NCBI RefSeq assembly: GCF_009914755.1
Contig: NC_060934.1
DNA length: 64,000 nucleotides
Origin: the human T2T-CHM13v2.0 reference genome, Homo sapiens
Strand: one strand, 5' to 3'
Positions 39,271 to 55,447 of this stretch are shown here, one piece after another; positions within the stretch are counted from its first letter, which is position 1, and each line of letters begins with the position of its first letter. The position numbers and the translations under genes are program-made. The notes under the pieces were generated by a model, which was not told where the DNA came from, did not search any database, and saw nothing but the letters and a program-made list of their open reading frames with translations.

Positions 39271-41309
39271 CAAAAAAAAATCAGACTTCAAGATGGCTGA
39301 ATACAGGTATCTGGTATTCACTTCCTCCACAAAGAAAGAATCAAAATAGTGAGTAAATAATCACACTTCTAATAGATCACCCAAGAGAGAACACTGGAAT
39401 TCAACAGAAGTGACAGGAGACACCTAAGACAAGGAAAGAGAGAGAAGCGAGGCAGCCTGGCTGGCTGGGATTACCTAAGAACCTGAAGAGGCTTCCCAAT
39501 GTGGAGAAAGGGTAAGTAAGTGACCCCTAGCAGTCCATATTCCCACCATGGACTCCTGCAATCTTAGCCATAGGACAGCCCCCTCTACCCATGTGGCCCC
39601 TCATTTTGAGAGCCCAGCTCTCAAGATGGTGCTTCGCTGTAACTGCTTAGATTCCAGGTATTTTGGGAACCCAGTGTGAGCTTCCTCTCTGGGACAGTGC
39701 CATCATGTGGTCTCCAGGTAGCTTCCTATGTTAATTTCAGGGTCCCAATAGCACTTGGGGCCCAACAGCACCTGCATCTCTACATCCCTGGATCCCTGTT
39801 GACATCCCCTTCCTGGAGCCAGGCACCACTGCAGGCTGTCACCACCAGCGCAGAAGCACGAGTCATTGGCAACAACCCTGCTGCCCTCAGTAGCAAGTTC
39901 ACCATGCATTTAAAAGCACCTAAGGAAGGGCCACTCTGGTTATAGCCACCACCTGAGGCTGAAGCATAAGCTCCCCAGCTACCTGCTTATAGCTACTACT
40001 GTTGAAAACAACCCCACCCTCCCCTGCAGCAGGGCCACAGCACAGCCACTGCCAGCCACACCTGAGCGTTCCACCAGGGATTTGGAGATTAACCCAGCCC
40101 TGCCTACCATATCCAGCTTCTTCATGCACCACTAGAGGACCTGAGGATAGGCTAACCTCACCTGGCTCCACTCTGACCCACCAGTGCCCAAACGTGCCAT
40201 CTGGAGGTCTGGGAAGTATAATGCCCTACTTATTGTTGGCCCCTGAGCACTCCTTTAGGAGGCCAGAGTATGAGCACACACAACCTTCTGCTACCACAAA
40301 AGCTGGTACCCACCCCCACGTGCCACTTGTGGGCCTGGGGACTGACCTACCCAGCCTATCGCAGCCATCATCAACACCAGTGTGGACCACCTGAGCGTTA
40401 GAGAATTGTCCCACCGCTCCTACTGCCATCACTTATGCCACACTTGTTGCCCAGGAACTGAGGAGTCACTCATGTGCCCAGCCCAACACTGCCACTACTA
40501 TCACCCAGGCAAGACATCCTGAAGGCTCAAGAATCCCCCCTGCCTGTACCCACTAATACCAATGCCAGCATATGCTATACTGGGGTCCAGACAAGCATGC
40601 TTGGCCTGCAGCTGCCACCAATGGGGCCTGAGGACTGGCTCACCTGATGTCTTTGTCCCTAGCAAAACATCATCACAGCCTCCACAAACAACCACACCCT
40701 AAGCCACTGAGGAAATTACAAACATTACTGATACTGTTTAGACCCAAATAGATCATATGAAGACTATACTACTGCATGTGCTCAGAATCAAAAACAAAAT
40801 TCCTTATGTAACCAGAACTACAGATATGTCTTCAGAAAAAACTCCTCTCCAATGAAAGCAAATCCAAAAAATTAGAAGTTATTACACCGTATGTGTACAT
40901 ATAAACATGGGGACACAGGAAACATAAAAAACCAAGGAAATAGGACACCTCCAAAGGAATACAATAATTCTCCAGCAACAGATTACAATGAAGAAATATA
41001 TGAAATCCTGGAAAAAGAATCAAAATAATGATATTAAAGAAGCTTAGTAAGATACAAGAGAGCTCAGAAAAAGCAATACAAAAAATCAAAAAAACAATTT
41101 AGAATGTGAATGAGAAATTTAGCAAAGAGATAACTATCATAAAAAAGAATCAAACAAATTCTGAAACTGAAGAATTTATTGAATGATAAAATACATTTGG
41201 AAGCTTCAACAATAGACTAGTTCAAGAGGAAGAAATAACTTGAGAACAGCTCTTCTGAAATAACTCAATCTGAAAAAATTTTTAAATTCTTTTTTTTATT
41301 TGCTTTTTG

Positions 41310-41639
41310 AAAAATTTTATTTTTCCATAAGTTATTGGGGTACTGGAGGTATTTGCTTCCATCAGTAAGCTCTTTAGTGGAGATTTGTGACATCCTGGTG
41401 CACCCATCACCCAAGCAGTGTACACTGCACCATGTTTGTTGTCTTTTATCCCTTGCCCCCTCCCACTCTTCCCCCCCAAGTCCCTAAAGTCTATTTTGTC
41501 ATTCTTATGCCTTTCTGTCCTCATAGCTTAGCTCCCACATATCAGTGAGAACGTATGATGTTTGCATTTCTATTCCTGAGTTACTTCACTTAGAATAATC
41601 ATCTCTAATCTCATCCAGGTCATTGCAAATGCTGTTAAT
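41310..41639 (-). mobile_element. L1PB 3'-end fragment
   Basis: ccataagttattgggg ... ggtgcacccatcacccaagcagtgtacactgcacc ... ctcatagcttagctcccac. Confidence 0.8.
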
Positions 41640-41794
41640 ATGCTTTTAAAAACACAGCTTGATTAAATGAACATTTTCCTGCATTGATATTTAAAAATTA
41701 AGTTTTGCAGCAGGTAGCAGAACTCAAGTCTCTTGAGAAAGGAATGTGATTGAAGATTGTGACTGGAATAACATACCTTTTCTTTCCCAAATGG

Positions 41795-43528
<1,734 letters not shown>

Positions 43529-44204
43529 TTAAAGCCTCTGTGAGAAATGTGACACCATAAAATGACCAAATATTCAAAATTTGATGTCCCAGATGGTGAA
43601 GAGAAAAAGAATGTGTTAGAAAAGACTATTTAACAAAATAATAGCTGAAAACTTCCCAAGTCTAGCAAGAGATTAGATATCCAGAGACAGGAAACTCAGA
43701 GATCTCAAAACAGATACAATACAAAAAGGTTTTCTCCACAGCACGTTATAATCAAACTGTAAAAAGTCAAAACAAATAGAGAATTCTAAAAACAGAAACA
43801 GAAAAGCATGTAGTCACTTATAAGGAATCCCCTATCAGACTAAACAGTAAATTTTTCAACAGAAATCTTGCAAGCCAGGAGATAATGGGATGATATATTC
43901 AAAGAGCTGGAAAAAAAAAAGTTGCTAGTCAACGAAACTATACTCAGCCAAAATATCCTTCACATATCACGGAGAAATACTTTTCTAGACAAGTAAAAGC
44001 AGAGGGAATTCATCAACACTAGACCAGTCCTAAAAGAAATACTTAAAGGAGTCCTACACCTGGAAACAAAAGAGCAATATCTACCATCATGAAAACACAG
44101 GAAAGTATAAAACTCCCTAGTAGAGCAAATACACATGTAAGGAAGAAAGGAACTCAAATATCACCACTACAGAAAACCACCAAGCCACTGTGATAAACAA
44201 TAAG

Positions 44205-44380
44205 AGAAAGAAAGAAAGAAGAAAGAGAAAAAAAGAAGAAAGAAAAAAAGAAAAAGAAAGAAGAAAGAAAGAAAAAAAGAAAGATGAAAGAAAGAATGAA
44301 AGAAGAAAGAAAGAGAAAGGGAGGAAGGAAGGAAGGAAAGGAGAAAGGAATAAGGTAAGGAAGAAATGAAGAGAAAAAGG
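44205..44380. repeat. GA-rich (GAAA/GGAA) low-complexity tract
   Basis: Near-pure purine run in the inter-ORF region of the host L1. Confidence 0.95.
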
Positions 44381-45894
44381 ATATACAAAACAACCAGAAA
44401 TCAATTAATAAAATGACAGGAATAAGCCCTCACATATCAATAATAATCTTTAATTGGAATAAACTTTCTAATTAAAAGATATAAACTAGGTGAATGGATA
44501 AGAAAACATGACCCAACTCTATGCTGCCTATAAAAAACTCATCTCACCTGAAAAGACATAAATAGAGTGAAAGTGAGGGGTGAAGGCAAATATTATATAC
44601 AAATGGAAACTAAAAATGAGCAGAAATAGTTATATTTTATAAAAGAGACTTTAAGTCAAAAACATGAAGAAGAGACAGAGAAGGCCATTAAATATAAATA
44701 AAGGGATCAATTAAGTCAGAATATATACCAATTCTAAACATGTATGTACCTAACACTGGAGCACCGGCATATACAAAGCAAATCTTATTAGATCTAAAGG
44801 AAGAGATAGAATCCAATACAGTAATACTTGGAGACTTCAGCATTCCACTATCATCAATAGACAGTTAATCTAGACAGAAAATTAACAAAGAAACATAGGA
44901 TTTAAACTGCACTTTACCCCAAATGGACCTAATAGACATTTACTAAACATTTTATCCACCAGATACAGAATACACATTCTTTCCTTCAGCACATGGAACA
45001 TTTTCCAGTAGAGATCATATAGTAGGACACAAAACAAGTATCAACAATATTTTTAAAAATGGAAATCTCTCCAGTGTCTTCTCAGACCACAATGGAATAA
45101 AATTAGAAAGAAATAACAAGAAGAACTTTGGAAACTGTACAAATACATGGAAATTAAATAACATGGTTCTTAATGATCACTGAGTCAAGAAGAAAATTTA
45201 AAAACTATTGAAGCAAATAAATATAGAAACACAACATACCAAAATCAATGAGATACAGCCAAAGCAGTGGTATAAGGGAAGTTTACAGCAATACATGCCT
45301 ACAACAAAAAGTAGAGATATTAAAAAAAAAACCTAACTGTACACCTCAAGAACTAGAAAAGCAGGGATAAACCATACCCAAAATTAGTAGAAGGAAAGAA
45401 AAAATAATGGTCAGACTAGAACTCAATAAAATAGAAACTAAAAAAATTACAAAGGTTTAATGAAACAAAGTTGGTTTTTTGAAAAGATAAAATTGATAAC
45501 CCTCTTGCTAGAGTAATCAGGAAGAAGAGAGAGGACCCAAATCAATAGAATCAGAAAGGAAAAAGGAAACACTAAAACTGATACTACAGAAAAACAACAT
45601 CAGAAACTATTATGAATAAACTATATGCTAATAAACTGGAAAACCAAGAGGAAGTGGATAAATTCCTGAACACGTATGAACTGCCAAGTTTGAATCAGGC
45701 ATAAATAGAAAACCTGAACAGACCAATAATAAGTAATGGGACTGAATCAGTAATAAAAATGTATCTTACAAAGACAAAAAGTTATTCAACAAAGATAAGT
45801 CCAGGACCGGATGGTTTCACTGCTTAATTCTACAAAATATACAAAGAACTAACAACAATTCTCAAACTATTCCAAAAAATTTGAAGACCTGGGG

Positions 45895-46260
45895 TATATT
45901 AGTCAGTTTTCATGCTACTGGTAAAGACATACCTGAGACTGTGCAATTTACAAAAGAAAGAGGTTTATTGGACTTACAGTTCCACATGGCTGGGGAGGCC
46001 TCACAATCATGGAGGAAGGCAAGGAGGAGCAAGTCACATCTTATTTGGATGGCAGCAGGTAAAGAGAGAGCTTGTGCAGAGAAGCTCCTGTTTTTAAAAC
46101 CATCAGATCTTGTGAGACCTACTCACTATCACAAGAAAAGCACCAGAAAGACCTACCCCCATGAGTCAATCATCTCCCACCAGGTCCCTCCCATAACATG
46201 TGGGAATTATGGAAGCTACAAGATGATATTTGGGTGGGGACCCAGAGCCAAATCATATCA
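45895..46260 (-). mobile_element. THE1 (A/B) solo LTR inserted in L1 ORF2
   Basis: tattagtc ... aaagacatacctgagactg ... cagagccaaatcatatca; 5-bp TSD tgggg at 45890-45894 and 46261-46265. Confidence 0.93.
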
Positions 46261-47409
46261 TGGGGTCCTTAACTCATTCTATGAAGCTAGAATTATCCTG
46301 ACTTCAAAAGCAGACAAGGACACAAGAAAAACAACAACAAAAAATGCTATAGAACAATATTCTTGATCAAAATAGATGCAAAAATCCTTAACCAAATACT
46401 AGCAAACTGAATCCAACTATACATGAAAAAGATAATACACCATGATCAAGTGGGATTTATCCTAGGAATGCAAAAATGGTTCAATATAAACAATATGCAA
46501 ATCAATAAACATGATATGAGGCATCAACAAATAAAGGAGAAAAAGCATATGATTATTTAAATAGATGTAGCAAAATCATTTGACACAATTCAACGTCCCT
46601 TCATGATAAGAAACTCTCAACAAACTAAGAATAGAAGGACCCTACCTTACCACAATAAAAGCCATATATGACAAACTCACACCTAATATTATACCGACTG
46701 GGGAGAAGCTGAAAGCCTTTCCTCTGCAACTGGAAGAAGATAAAAATGCCCACATTCACCACTCCTATTCAACATAGTACTGGCAGTCTTATCCAAAGCA
46801 ATTGAATAAGACAAAGAAATAAATGATATCCAAAGTGGAAAACAGGAAGTCAATTTTACCTCTTTGCAGATGACATGATTTTACATCTAGAAAAAAACTA
46901 AAGACTCCATCTAAAACTCTTAGAGCAGATGAATACATTAAGTAAAGTTGCAGGATACAAAATCAACATACAAAAATCAGTAGCATTTATATATAGCGAT
47001 AATGAACTAGCTGAGAAAAAAAATTAAGACGGCAATTTCATTTACAATAGCTACCAAAAAAATAACTAGAAATAAATTTAACCTAGGAAGTGAAAGACCT
47101 CTACAAGGAAAATTACAGAACACTGATGAAAGAAATTGAAGATGACATGCAAAAAATGAAAAGTCGTCCCCTGCTCATGGATTAGAAAAATTAACATCAA
47201 TAAAATGACCATTCTGCACAAAGTAATCTATGGATTCAATGCAATTCCTATCAAGATACCAATGTCATTTTTCACAGAGAAACAAAAATCCTAAAATTAT
47301 ATGGAACCAAAAAAGAGCCTAAATAACCAAAACAATCCTCAGCAAAAAGAACAAAGCTGGATGCATCACATGATGTGATTTCAAAATGTATTACAAGGCT
47401 ATAGTGGTA

Positions 47410-47980
47410 TATTTTGAATAATTTTTATTTATGTTTTGTGCACCTATTACAGATTTTTGCTGTTTGGTTACCATAATGCTTACAAAGAATATCTTAACTT
47501 ATAACACTTAGTTTCAAGCTAATAAAGCTTCACTTTGGTTGCATACAACTCTGTATTTTTACTCCCCCACCACAGAATTTCGTTTTTCATGTCTGAATTT
47601 ACACTTTTTATGTGGACCCCTTGACAGTTTATTTTAGCTCTGGTTGTTATTAATAATTTTATCCTTTAGCCCTTATACTAGGGATAAAATTACATTGCAC
47701 ACCATCACTACAAGTACTAGAGTGTGCTGAATATTGCTCAATGTTACTTATGCAACTGGGTTTTGTTCTTTTGTGTGTTTTATGTTATTAATTAGAAGAG
47801 CTGTTCTTCAGTTTAAAGAACTCCCTGTAGAATTTGTTGTAGGACAGCCCTAATGATACAATGATAGTAAACTCCCTTAGCTTTTATTTGTCTGGGAAAG
47901 TTATTGTTTTTCCCTCGTTTCTAAAAGACTGCTTTGCTGGGTAAAATACTTTTGGTTGATCATTTTTTAATGTTTTTCCT
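47410..47980 (-). mobile_element. Old L1M fragment
   Basis: tttaaagaactccct ... actcccttagcttttatttgtctgggaaag ... ctttgctgggta. Confidence 0.65.
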
Positions 47981-48729
47981 TTCAACTGAAGAAAAAAATC
48001 TGCTAATGAAGAATATTATGAGGATTTTAATTTGTTGAAATTTCACAAGATAAGCAATATTTGAGTTTAAGGTAAAGAGGCACTGAGGCCCACATTTTCC
48101 TTTAAAAGTTCAAAGAAAAACTGAAGATATGGATACTAATTCTTGCTCTACATTCCTGTGTGATGCTGGGCACATGACATCACTGAGATCTCTATATTCT
48201 TATCTGAGAAATGAGAATTTTAGATGACACACACTTTAATAATCTGCTAAATGTAAAATTTTATGAGTGTATGATTCTAAAGAAGAATTACTGACTTTAC
48301 TCTTTAATGAATCAACTCATTTTTGTGAAAGTATGTTTAGATGAGGTTACTAACCAAAAGATATTGGTGAACTAAAATAAACTTACCCGAAAAGAACACT
48401 TTTTTATTGTAAAAAGAGCCAATTGCAGGACCCAATGTCAACATCAGGGTATTTGGGTTATGAAATACTTTAGTTAATTTGTCTACATAATTTGCTTAAT
48501 ACATTACAACAAAATGCCCCTTATTTAGTGCTTAGTGGAGGTGTGGATGAGAAAACAAACAATGGGCTGACATTAAGGAATCATCCTACTCAGTAAAGGT
48601 AAGTCATATGCACAAATTTCATAATATAATAGTCTTAAAATTTTCCTCCATCTTCCCACAAAAATATGCAATATCAGAACTGCTGCACTATGTCTATTCA
48701 ACTTTCTCACATAAAGCCTGCATGCACTT

Positions 48730-48890
48730 TAGCACTTTTTCACTCAAAGCATGGCCGCAGACCCGCAGCATTTGCATCACATGAAAAATGTGAAATCACA
48801 GGTCTTATCCCAGACCTGTGGAATCAGAAGCTGCATTTTAGCAGAATCCCCAGGTGATTCATAATCACATTAAAGATTGATCTGCTCTGC
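48730..48890. mobile_element. MER5A
   Basis: ccagacctgtggaatcagaagctgcattttagcagaatccccaggtgattcat. Confidence 0.7.
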
Positions 48891-49069
48891 TTTAGATTAT
48901 TAAAATTTTTAGGACTCCTGAACCCACATAAATTATCTGATCTTACTTAATTCAGCATCTGTCAATTTTTCTTTAAGGCACTGTCATAGACTATCATCAA
49001 GGACGCATACCCAGATATACAATTCTTTTTCATTAGCATTCATTGGCATTAAAATATGTGTATGTTTTA

Positions 49070-49405
49070 CTTTTGTCTTTTCCAACTTTTATTTTAGATT
49101 CTGGGGGTACATGGGCAGATTTTTTATAAAGGTATATTGAGTGATGCTGGGGTTTGCAGTAGGATTGAATCCGTCACGTAGAAGGTGAGCATAGTACCCT
49201 ATAGGTAGTTTTAGAACCCTTTCCCCTCTCCCTTGCCCCTTTATATTATCTGTTGACTATTGTTCACATCTTTATGTCCATGTGTACCCAATGCTTGGCT
49301 CCCACTTATAAGTGAGCACATATGGCATTGGGTTTTCTGTTACTGCTTTAGTTTGCTTAGGATGATGGCCTCCAGCTGTATCCATGTTGTTGCAAAGGCC
49401 ATGAT
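49070..49405 (-). mobile_element. L1 3'-end fragment (old L1PA)
   Basis: ccaacttttattttagattctgggggtacatg ... ctcccacttataagtgag ... gatggcctccagctg. Confidence 0.8.
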
Positions 49406-52400
49406 TAATGGTCTTTTATTACCTCCAACCTTATTCACTTCAGATTTTCAATAATTTTGTACTCTTATGTTTTCCAGGTAAATATTGTAATAATTTCTTT
49501 GCCTTTGATTCTTCATGGTCTTATGTTGAAGGGAGACTTTAAACTACAGGTAGTGTCTTTGAAAACCAAGGACTCAATAAATTTTGCTCAGCCTTCAATT
49601 TCTCAACCACGGCAATTATTTCTCTTATGTTAAAGGATTAACATGTTTGTGATACATCACCATGTTATAAAGGCCTATCGTGAGTTGTAATTTTATATAA
49701 AATTATTCCATTTAGCTTAATAATATCCACTTATAGCTCAGTTTATAATATATTTTCTACTTGAGAGCAATAAAATTGCATTTTGTTAACAAAACGTCTG
49801 TAATTTGGTTTTGTTACTAAATCATATTAGTCTCATTATTCAAAATTAGTGAGGCTTTACCACATATGTCATCGATGCAGAAAGTAGCTGGAACAGTGTG
49901 AATAATATCAACACTGAATATAAGATATAAGATTTGGAACTTGTTTAGAGAACAGACTGTCCAGAAGTGTATAAAGCATGCTTCTCCAATCCCCCCAAGT
50001 CTTGGAGTTGAGGGATAAAAGTGGGTCTGGTTTGTACTGTTTTGTGTTTGTCCTTTATGTCAACTTTTATTTGAATAAAGTGTTCCATAGCTAAATATTT
50101 GAAACCCACTCATTATTTTCCAATGTCTCCTTCACCATGGACATGTCTCATTAAAGATTAACGGTGACCAGTGCCACATGTGCTGCCACAACTGCGAGGA
50201 CTTCAGAGCTATGATGATCATCAGCACCAGATCCTGCTTCCATCTCTGTGCTGCCTGCCATATTGTGTGCGCTCTGGGATGTCATAGCTGTCTCAGAGAG
50301 CAACCCTGAATTGTCCTTGGGTCATTCTTTGCTTTCTGTGTCCTTTGAGCATCCAGAAAGATGTGCAGCTTGTCCTGGTTACCATCTCCCTAGGAGAGAT
50401 TCCTAAAGCTAATCCAATCATGCCCCCCATCCCTGTTCTCTTCTGTCCTCACCACACTTAAAACATTAATTGCAAGGACTCCTTCATCCTACACTCTACA
50501 ATTACTAATTACACCTGATTTCCCACATAACTTTTTCACTGTGCTCCCTGGAATCATGATCTCTTAGCTGTGAACTACCCTATATCCATGGTCCTTTCTC
50601 TAAACTTTCCTTTCACCTTCTTGCCATAACAGAAATCTAGATGTTCCCTTACACATCATCTCCTTAAAGAGAGCTGCATGAGACACATTATTTCTTTTAT
50701 CTCAAGAACTTCAGAGCATGAAGATAACCAATTATAAACCACCCTCTCCCCCTCCTTCAAAACCACAGTTTCTGTGAAAATCATGCTATAAGATCTTGCC
50801 AGATATCCTGCTGCAGTCATATTATTCCTTCATTCACTGATAACTTTTTAATGCCTGGTTCATTGTCTTCTTTTCCACCTCTATTCCTGAGACAATTTTC
50901 AATTATCTCAATGTACATTTAGCAGATTTTGTCTCATTCCCTTGACCTCCAACAATCTTTCTTTCATCCCACTTAAGCCACCTATTTTTATATCTTACTT
51001 TTACCAATAATTGGAATTTAACTGGAATTATCCTGTTTTTTCTCCTGCATCTTCAATGTGACTCTCCAATCAAACATTCCTAACACAGAACACACTTGTT
51101 CTAGCATCTTTCATCCTAGATGTTGGGGGTAGGCTTTCCTTTGAACCCACTTTCATTCTAGCTAAAGCCCTATCTGTGCTCCTATTTAAAGCAAGTCCTC
51201 TAGGGTGAGTTATGTTGTATTTGCTGTTTCAGTCTTCTCCCCTTGTATTTTGTCCTGCCATACCAATCAGACTGTAGCTCCTAGCATGCAGAGATGGCTT
51301 TTGTCAGAGTTGTCTGGATGTGAACACAGGTAGTGAGCTTTCTCCACTTTTATTTGACCTCTGCAGTATTCAACTTAATTTCTTCCTTCTGGAAGCACTT
51401 TCTTTTCTTGACTTCCATGATTTATGCCTTTTTTTCTATCACATGGGCTGTGTCATCTCAGGTTTGTTGCTAGCTCTCCTTATCTGCTTGACTTTTAAAC
51501 ATTAGAGGCTTTCCTGGCTATCATCTGAGCTCCCTTCTTTTTTCTAATTATACACCTTCCCAAGTGGATTATTTCAAAGTCATTTCAGTTTTAAATGTCA
51601 CACTTGTTCACAAATCTCACGAATTTGAATATCTACTTCCTTCTTTTCCCTAGAAACCTCAATGTGCCAAGGTAGACTTGGCATGTCTACCTTGGATGTC
51701 TCATGGGCTTCTCAAGTTCACTGTTTTCAAAAGAGAACCCTCATCCTGCATCTGCCCACGTGTTCCCATCTTGAGAAATTACACCACAATATACTTAGAT
51801 CAATGTTTCTATTTTTTTTATTATTACCACTATCCCCATTTTTTAAAGTTTTTTTCCGTATTGATCTCCCCCATGAAGTTTTAACATCAGAGATATACTG
51901 TATACCTGTTACTGTATTATGAATATCTATGCTTTATACATACAAAAGAGTGAGATATTCTTGTTTCCCCACCTCCCACAGATATTTCAGCCTCTTGAAG
52001 GCAATATCACCTCATTGGTAATGCACACCCTTGATGTTCAAATCATCCATCTCTTACCTTGATTCCTCCTGTTTCTTGCCCTCCAAATGGAACCCACTTC
52101 TAATTCCCACAGTGTCTCCTTGCACTCCATTATCTAAATCTTTTCTTGTGTTCCCATCTCTTAGACAACTAACCTGGGCTAAGCCACTATCACCTCTCAA
52201 ATAGATGAATGCAGCAGCAGTTTAGGACCTACCTTCAATACTTGCCATCCAGATACATTTTTAAAAGAAGTCATTTATGCTATTCCCATGTTTGAAATCC
52301 TTCCATGACATTTTATTGTATTTAGAGTAAAGGAAAATACTCACAACCCTGGAATGAAAAGGTCTCTGGACTTACAAATCTCTATACAATCTGGACTTCA

Positions 52401-52546
52401 TCTAACTCTCTCCTTCGTTTTCGATTCTGCCCACTGCCTGTTTTCTGTTTCTCTAATATGTCAAGCTTGTTTCTGTCTGTCAGACATGAAAAGTTCTTTA
52501 CTCCGAGCATCACATGCATGGTCTCTTTGTCAATATCTCAGATTAA

Positions 52547-53102
<556 letters not shown>

Positions 53103-54383
53103 TAGCAGGTGCTCAATAAGCATTCACTGAAAAAATTTGTAAATGGCATTCCTCTACAGCAATATCATACCAAAGCTAAGCTGTGCCAGTCCTTGCCCTG
53201 TTTTCTCTCTTATCTATTCAATCTATTGAACATTTTATCTTGGTTATGATACAGACAGTTTCTTCTTTGGGTTGTTAACTTTAGAATTGAACTTATTTGG
53301 TTTTGTTGGTTATTTCTTCTTGCTGTGATTTTCTGTTTCATTAATTACTGTTTTTTTTCCTTATTGCCACCCTATACATTCTTTGGGTTTACTCTGTTCA
53401 TTTTCTAGTTTCTTTCCTGTCCATGTCTTGATTGCTATTGGATCCCTTTATCCCCTTGCACTTCTCTGTAGTTGCATTTTGTAGACTTCCGAGTCAACTG
53501 TCTCCCAACTTGGTTCAGCCAGTGGAAGGCATTGTGGGGAAACTAGACAGCAAGGGGAAAGGAGAAGTCATAGTGTTTCCCCCAGTCTCTCTGCCTCAGT
53601 GAGTATCTCTGGCAGTGACTGTATCTCCTCCCTCTTCCTATTGTTTTAAAGGTCTGTCACACTTTCTGTTTTCACTGGGTAACACCAGCCCCGGCATCGA
53701 ACAGCTCTGGCTCTCTACTTTTTTTCCTTGTACTCTTGGAATGGTAATGGCTTTTTTCTGTGGCTAAAATCAGGTTGGCCCCACTTCTCCATATGGCTTT
53801 TTAGATGTTTCATAACTTTTGCCATGAACTGCCTCTATTCAGTTAAAACTCTAAATACATATAGTGACTGCTGCTTTCTTGGAAGGACCCTCTCTGATAC
53901 AGAGAGATAATAAAACATTACAAATTAAAGACATTACATCCAGAAATGTCTTTCATTTTAAGTCACTGGCAGAGCTTTCACATTAGATTATTGAATCACT
54001 GTAGGTAAAATTTTACTTTAGTGCAGTTACAAGTATAATGCATTTTTGAGCTCCTAAAGGGTATCACAGATACTGAGATGATTTAACACTGATCAGTACC
54101 TTTAATAAAAGCTACGATGGTCAAATTGTGGAGGAAAGGAGGGGTGCCAGAGCACCAAGGCAAGGCAAATGTTTCACTCTTTAAAGAAAAAATGTGATAA
54201 AGTGTTAAGGGAAGGGAAAAGATTTCCTCAGAAACAAAGTAGTGCAGCAATTTTCAAAGTGCAGTCTGCAGGCCTCTGGGGTGCAGCCTGCGAGGCTGAA
54301 ATTCTAAACAGTCCCCAGGTGATGTTGAAGCTACTGGTACATGGAACACACTTGAGGGCTTGCAGGTAATTAGAAAAGATTGA

Positions 54384-54716
<333 letters not shown>

Positions 54717-55062
54717 TAATACAGCTCTCTATGTTCCTCCCTGGAGATTGGGTCTTAGTTCATCTGGCGTGGATGTCTAAATCTTGCGTGTTTAACAAAG
54801 ACATTTTTATGATTCGGTAAATTTGGGAAACACTAGCTACATCATCATGATGTTTTCATGATGCTATTTTTCTGTATTTCCCATATGGCTGGCTATTAAT
54901 TACATATATCTTTCCCCTAAAATCATTCTGTCTACTTTTTTCTGTTTTCTTTTGTCTTTTTTATTGTCCCCGTGACAGTAAGATTGCTATCAGAAGGAAT
55001 AACAAAATATCCTCCCTTTTATTTCTTAATTACCAAGATAAGTGCTGAATACGTAAACCTGC

Positions 55063-55447
55063 TGATATGGTTTGGCTGTGTCCCCACCCATATCTCATGT
55101 TGAATGGTAATCCCCAGTGTTGGAGGAGGGACCTGGTGGAAGGTGATTGGATCATGGGGGCGAGTTTTCCTCTTACTGTTCTCATGACAGTGAGTAAGTT
55201 CTCACAAAATCTGGTTCTTTGACTGTGTAGCACTTCCACCGTTGCTCTCTCTCTCTCTCCTGCTCTGGTCATGTGAAAACCGTGCCTGCTTCCCGTTTGC
55301 CTTCTGCCATCATTGTAAGTTTCCTGAGGCCTTCCTAGAAGCAGAAGCCTTTGCAGTCCACAGTGAGCCAATTAAACCTCTTTTCTTAATAAATTACCCA
55401 GTCTCAGGTATGTCTTTATAGCAGCAGTGGGAGAACGAACTAATACA
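55063..55447 (+). mobile_element. MSTA solo LTR
   Basis: tgatatggtttggctgtgtcccc ... aattaaacctcttttc ... actaataca. Confidence 0.9.

Noticed and set aside
39676-40695. GC-rich segment with many ORFs, suggestive of a promoter or gene
   Set aside because: It is the C-rich 5' UTR of the old L1M and is CpG-depleted
45881-46366. 161-aa ORF
   Set aside because: Lies across an antisense THE1 LTR and L1 remnants
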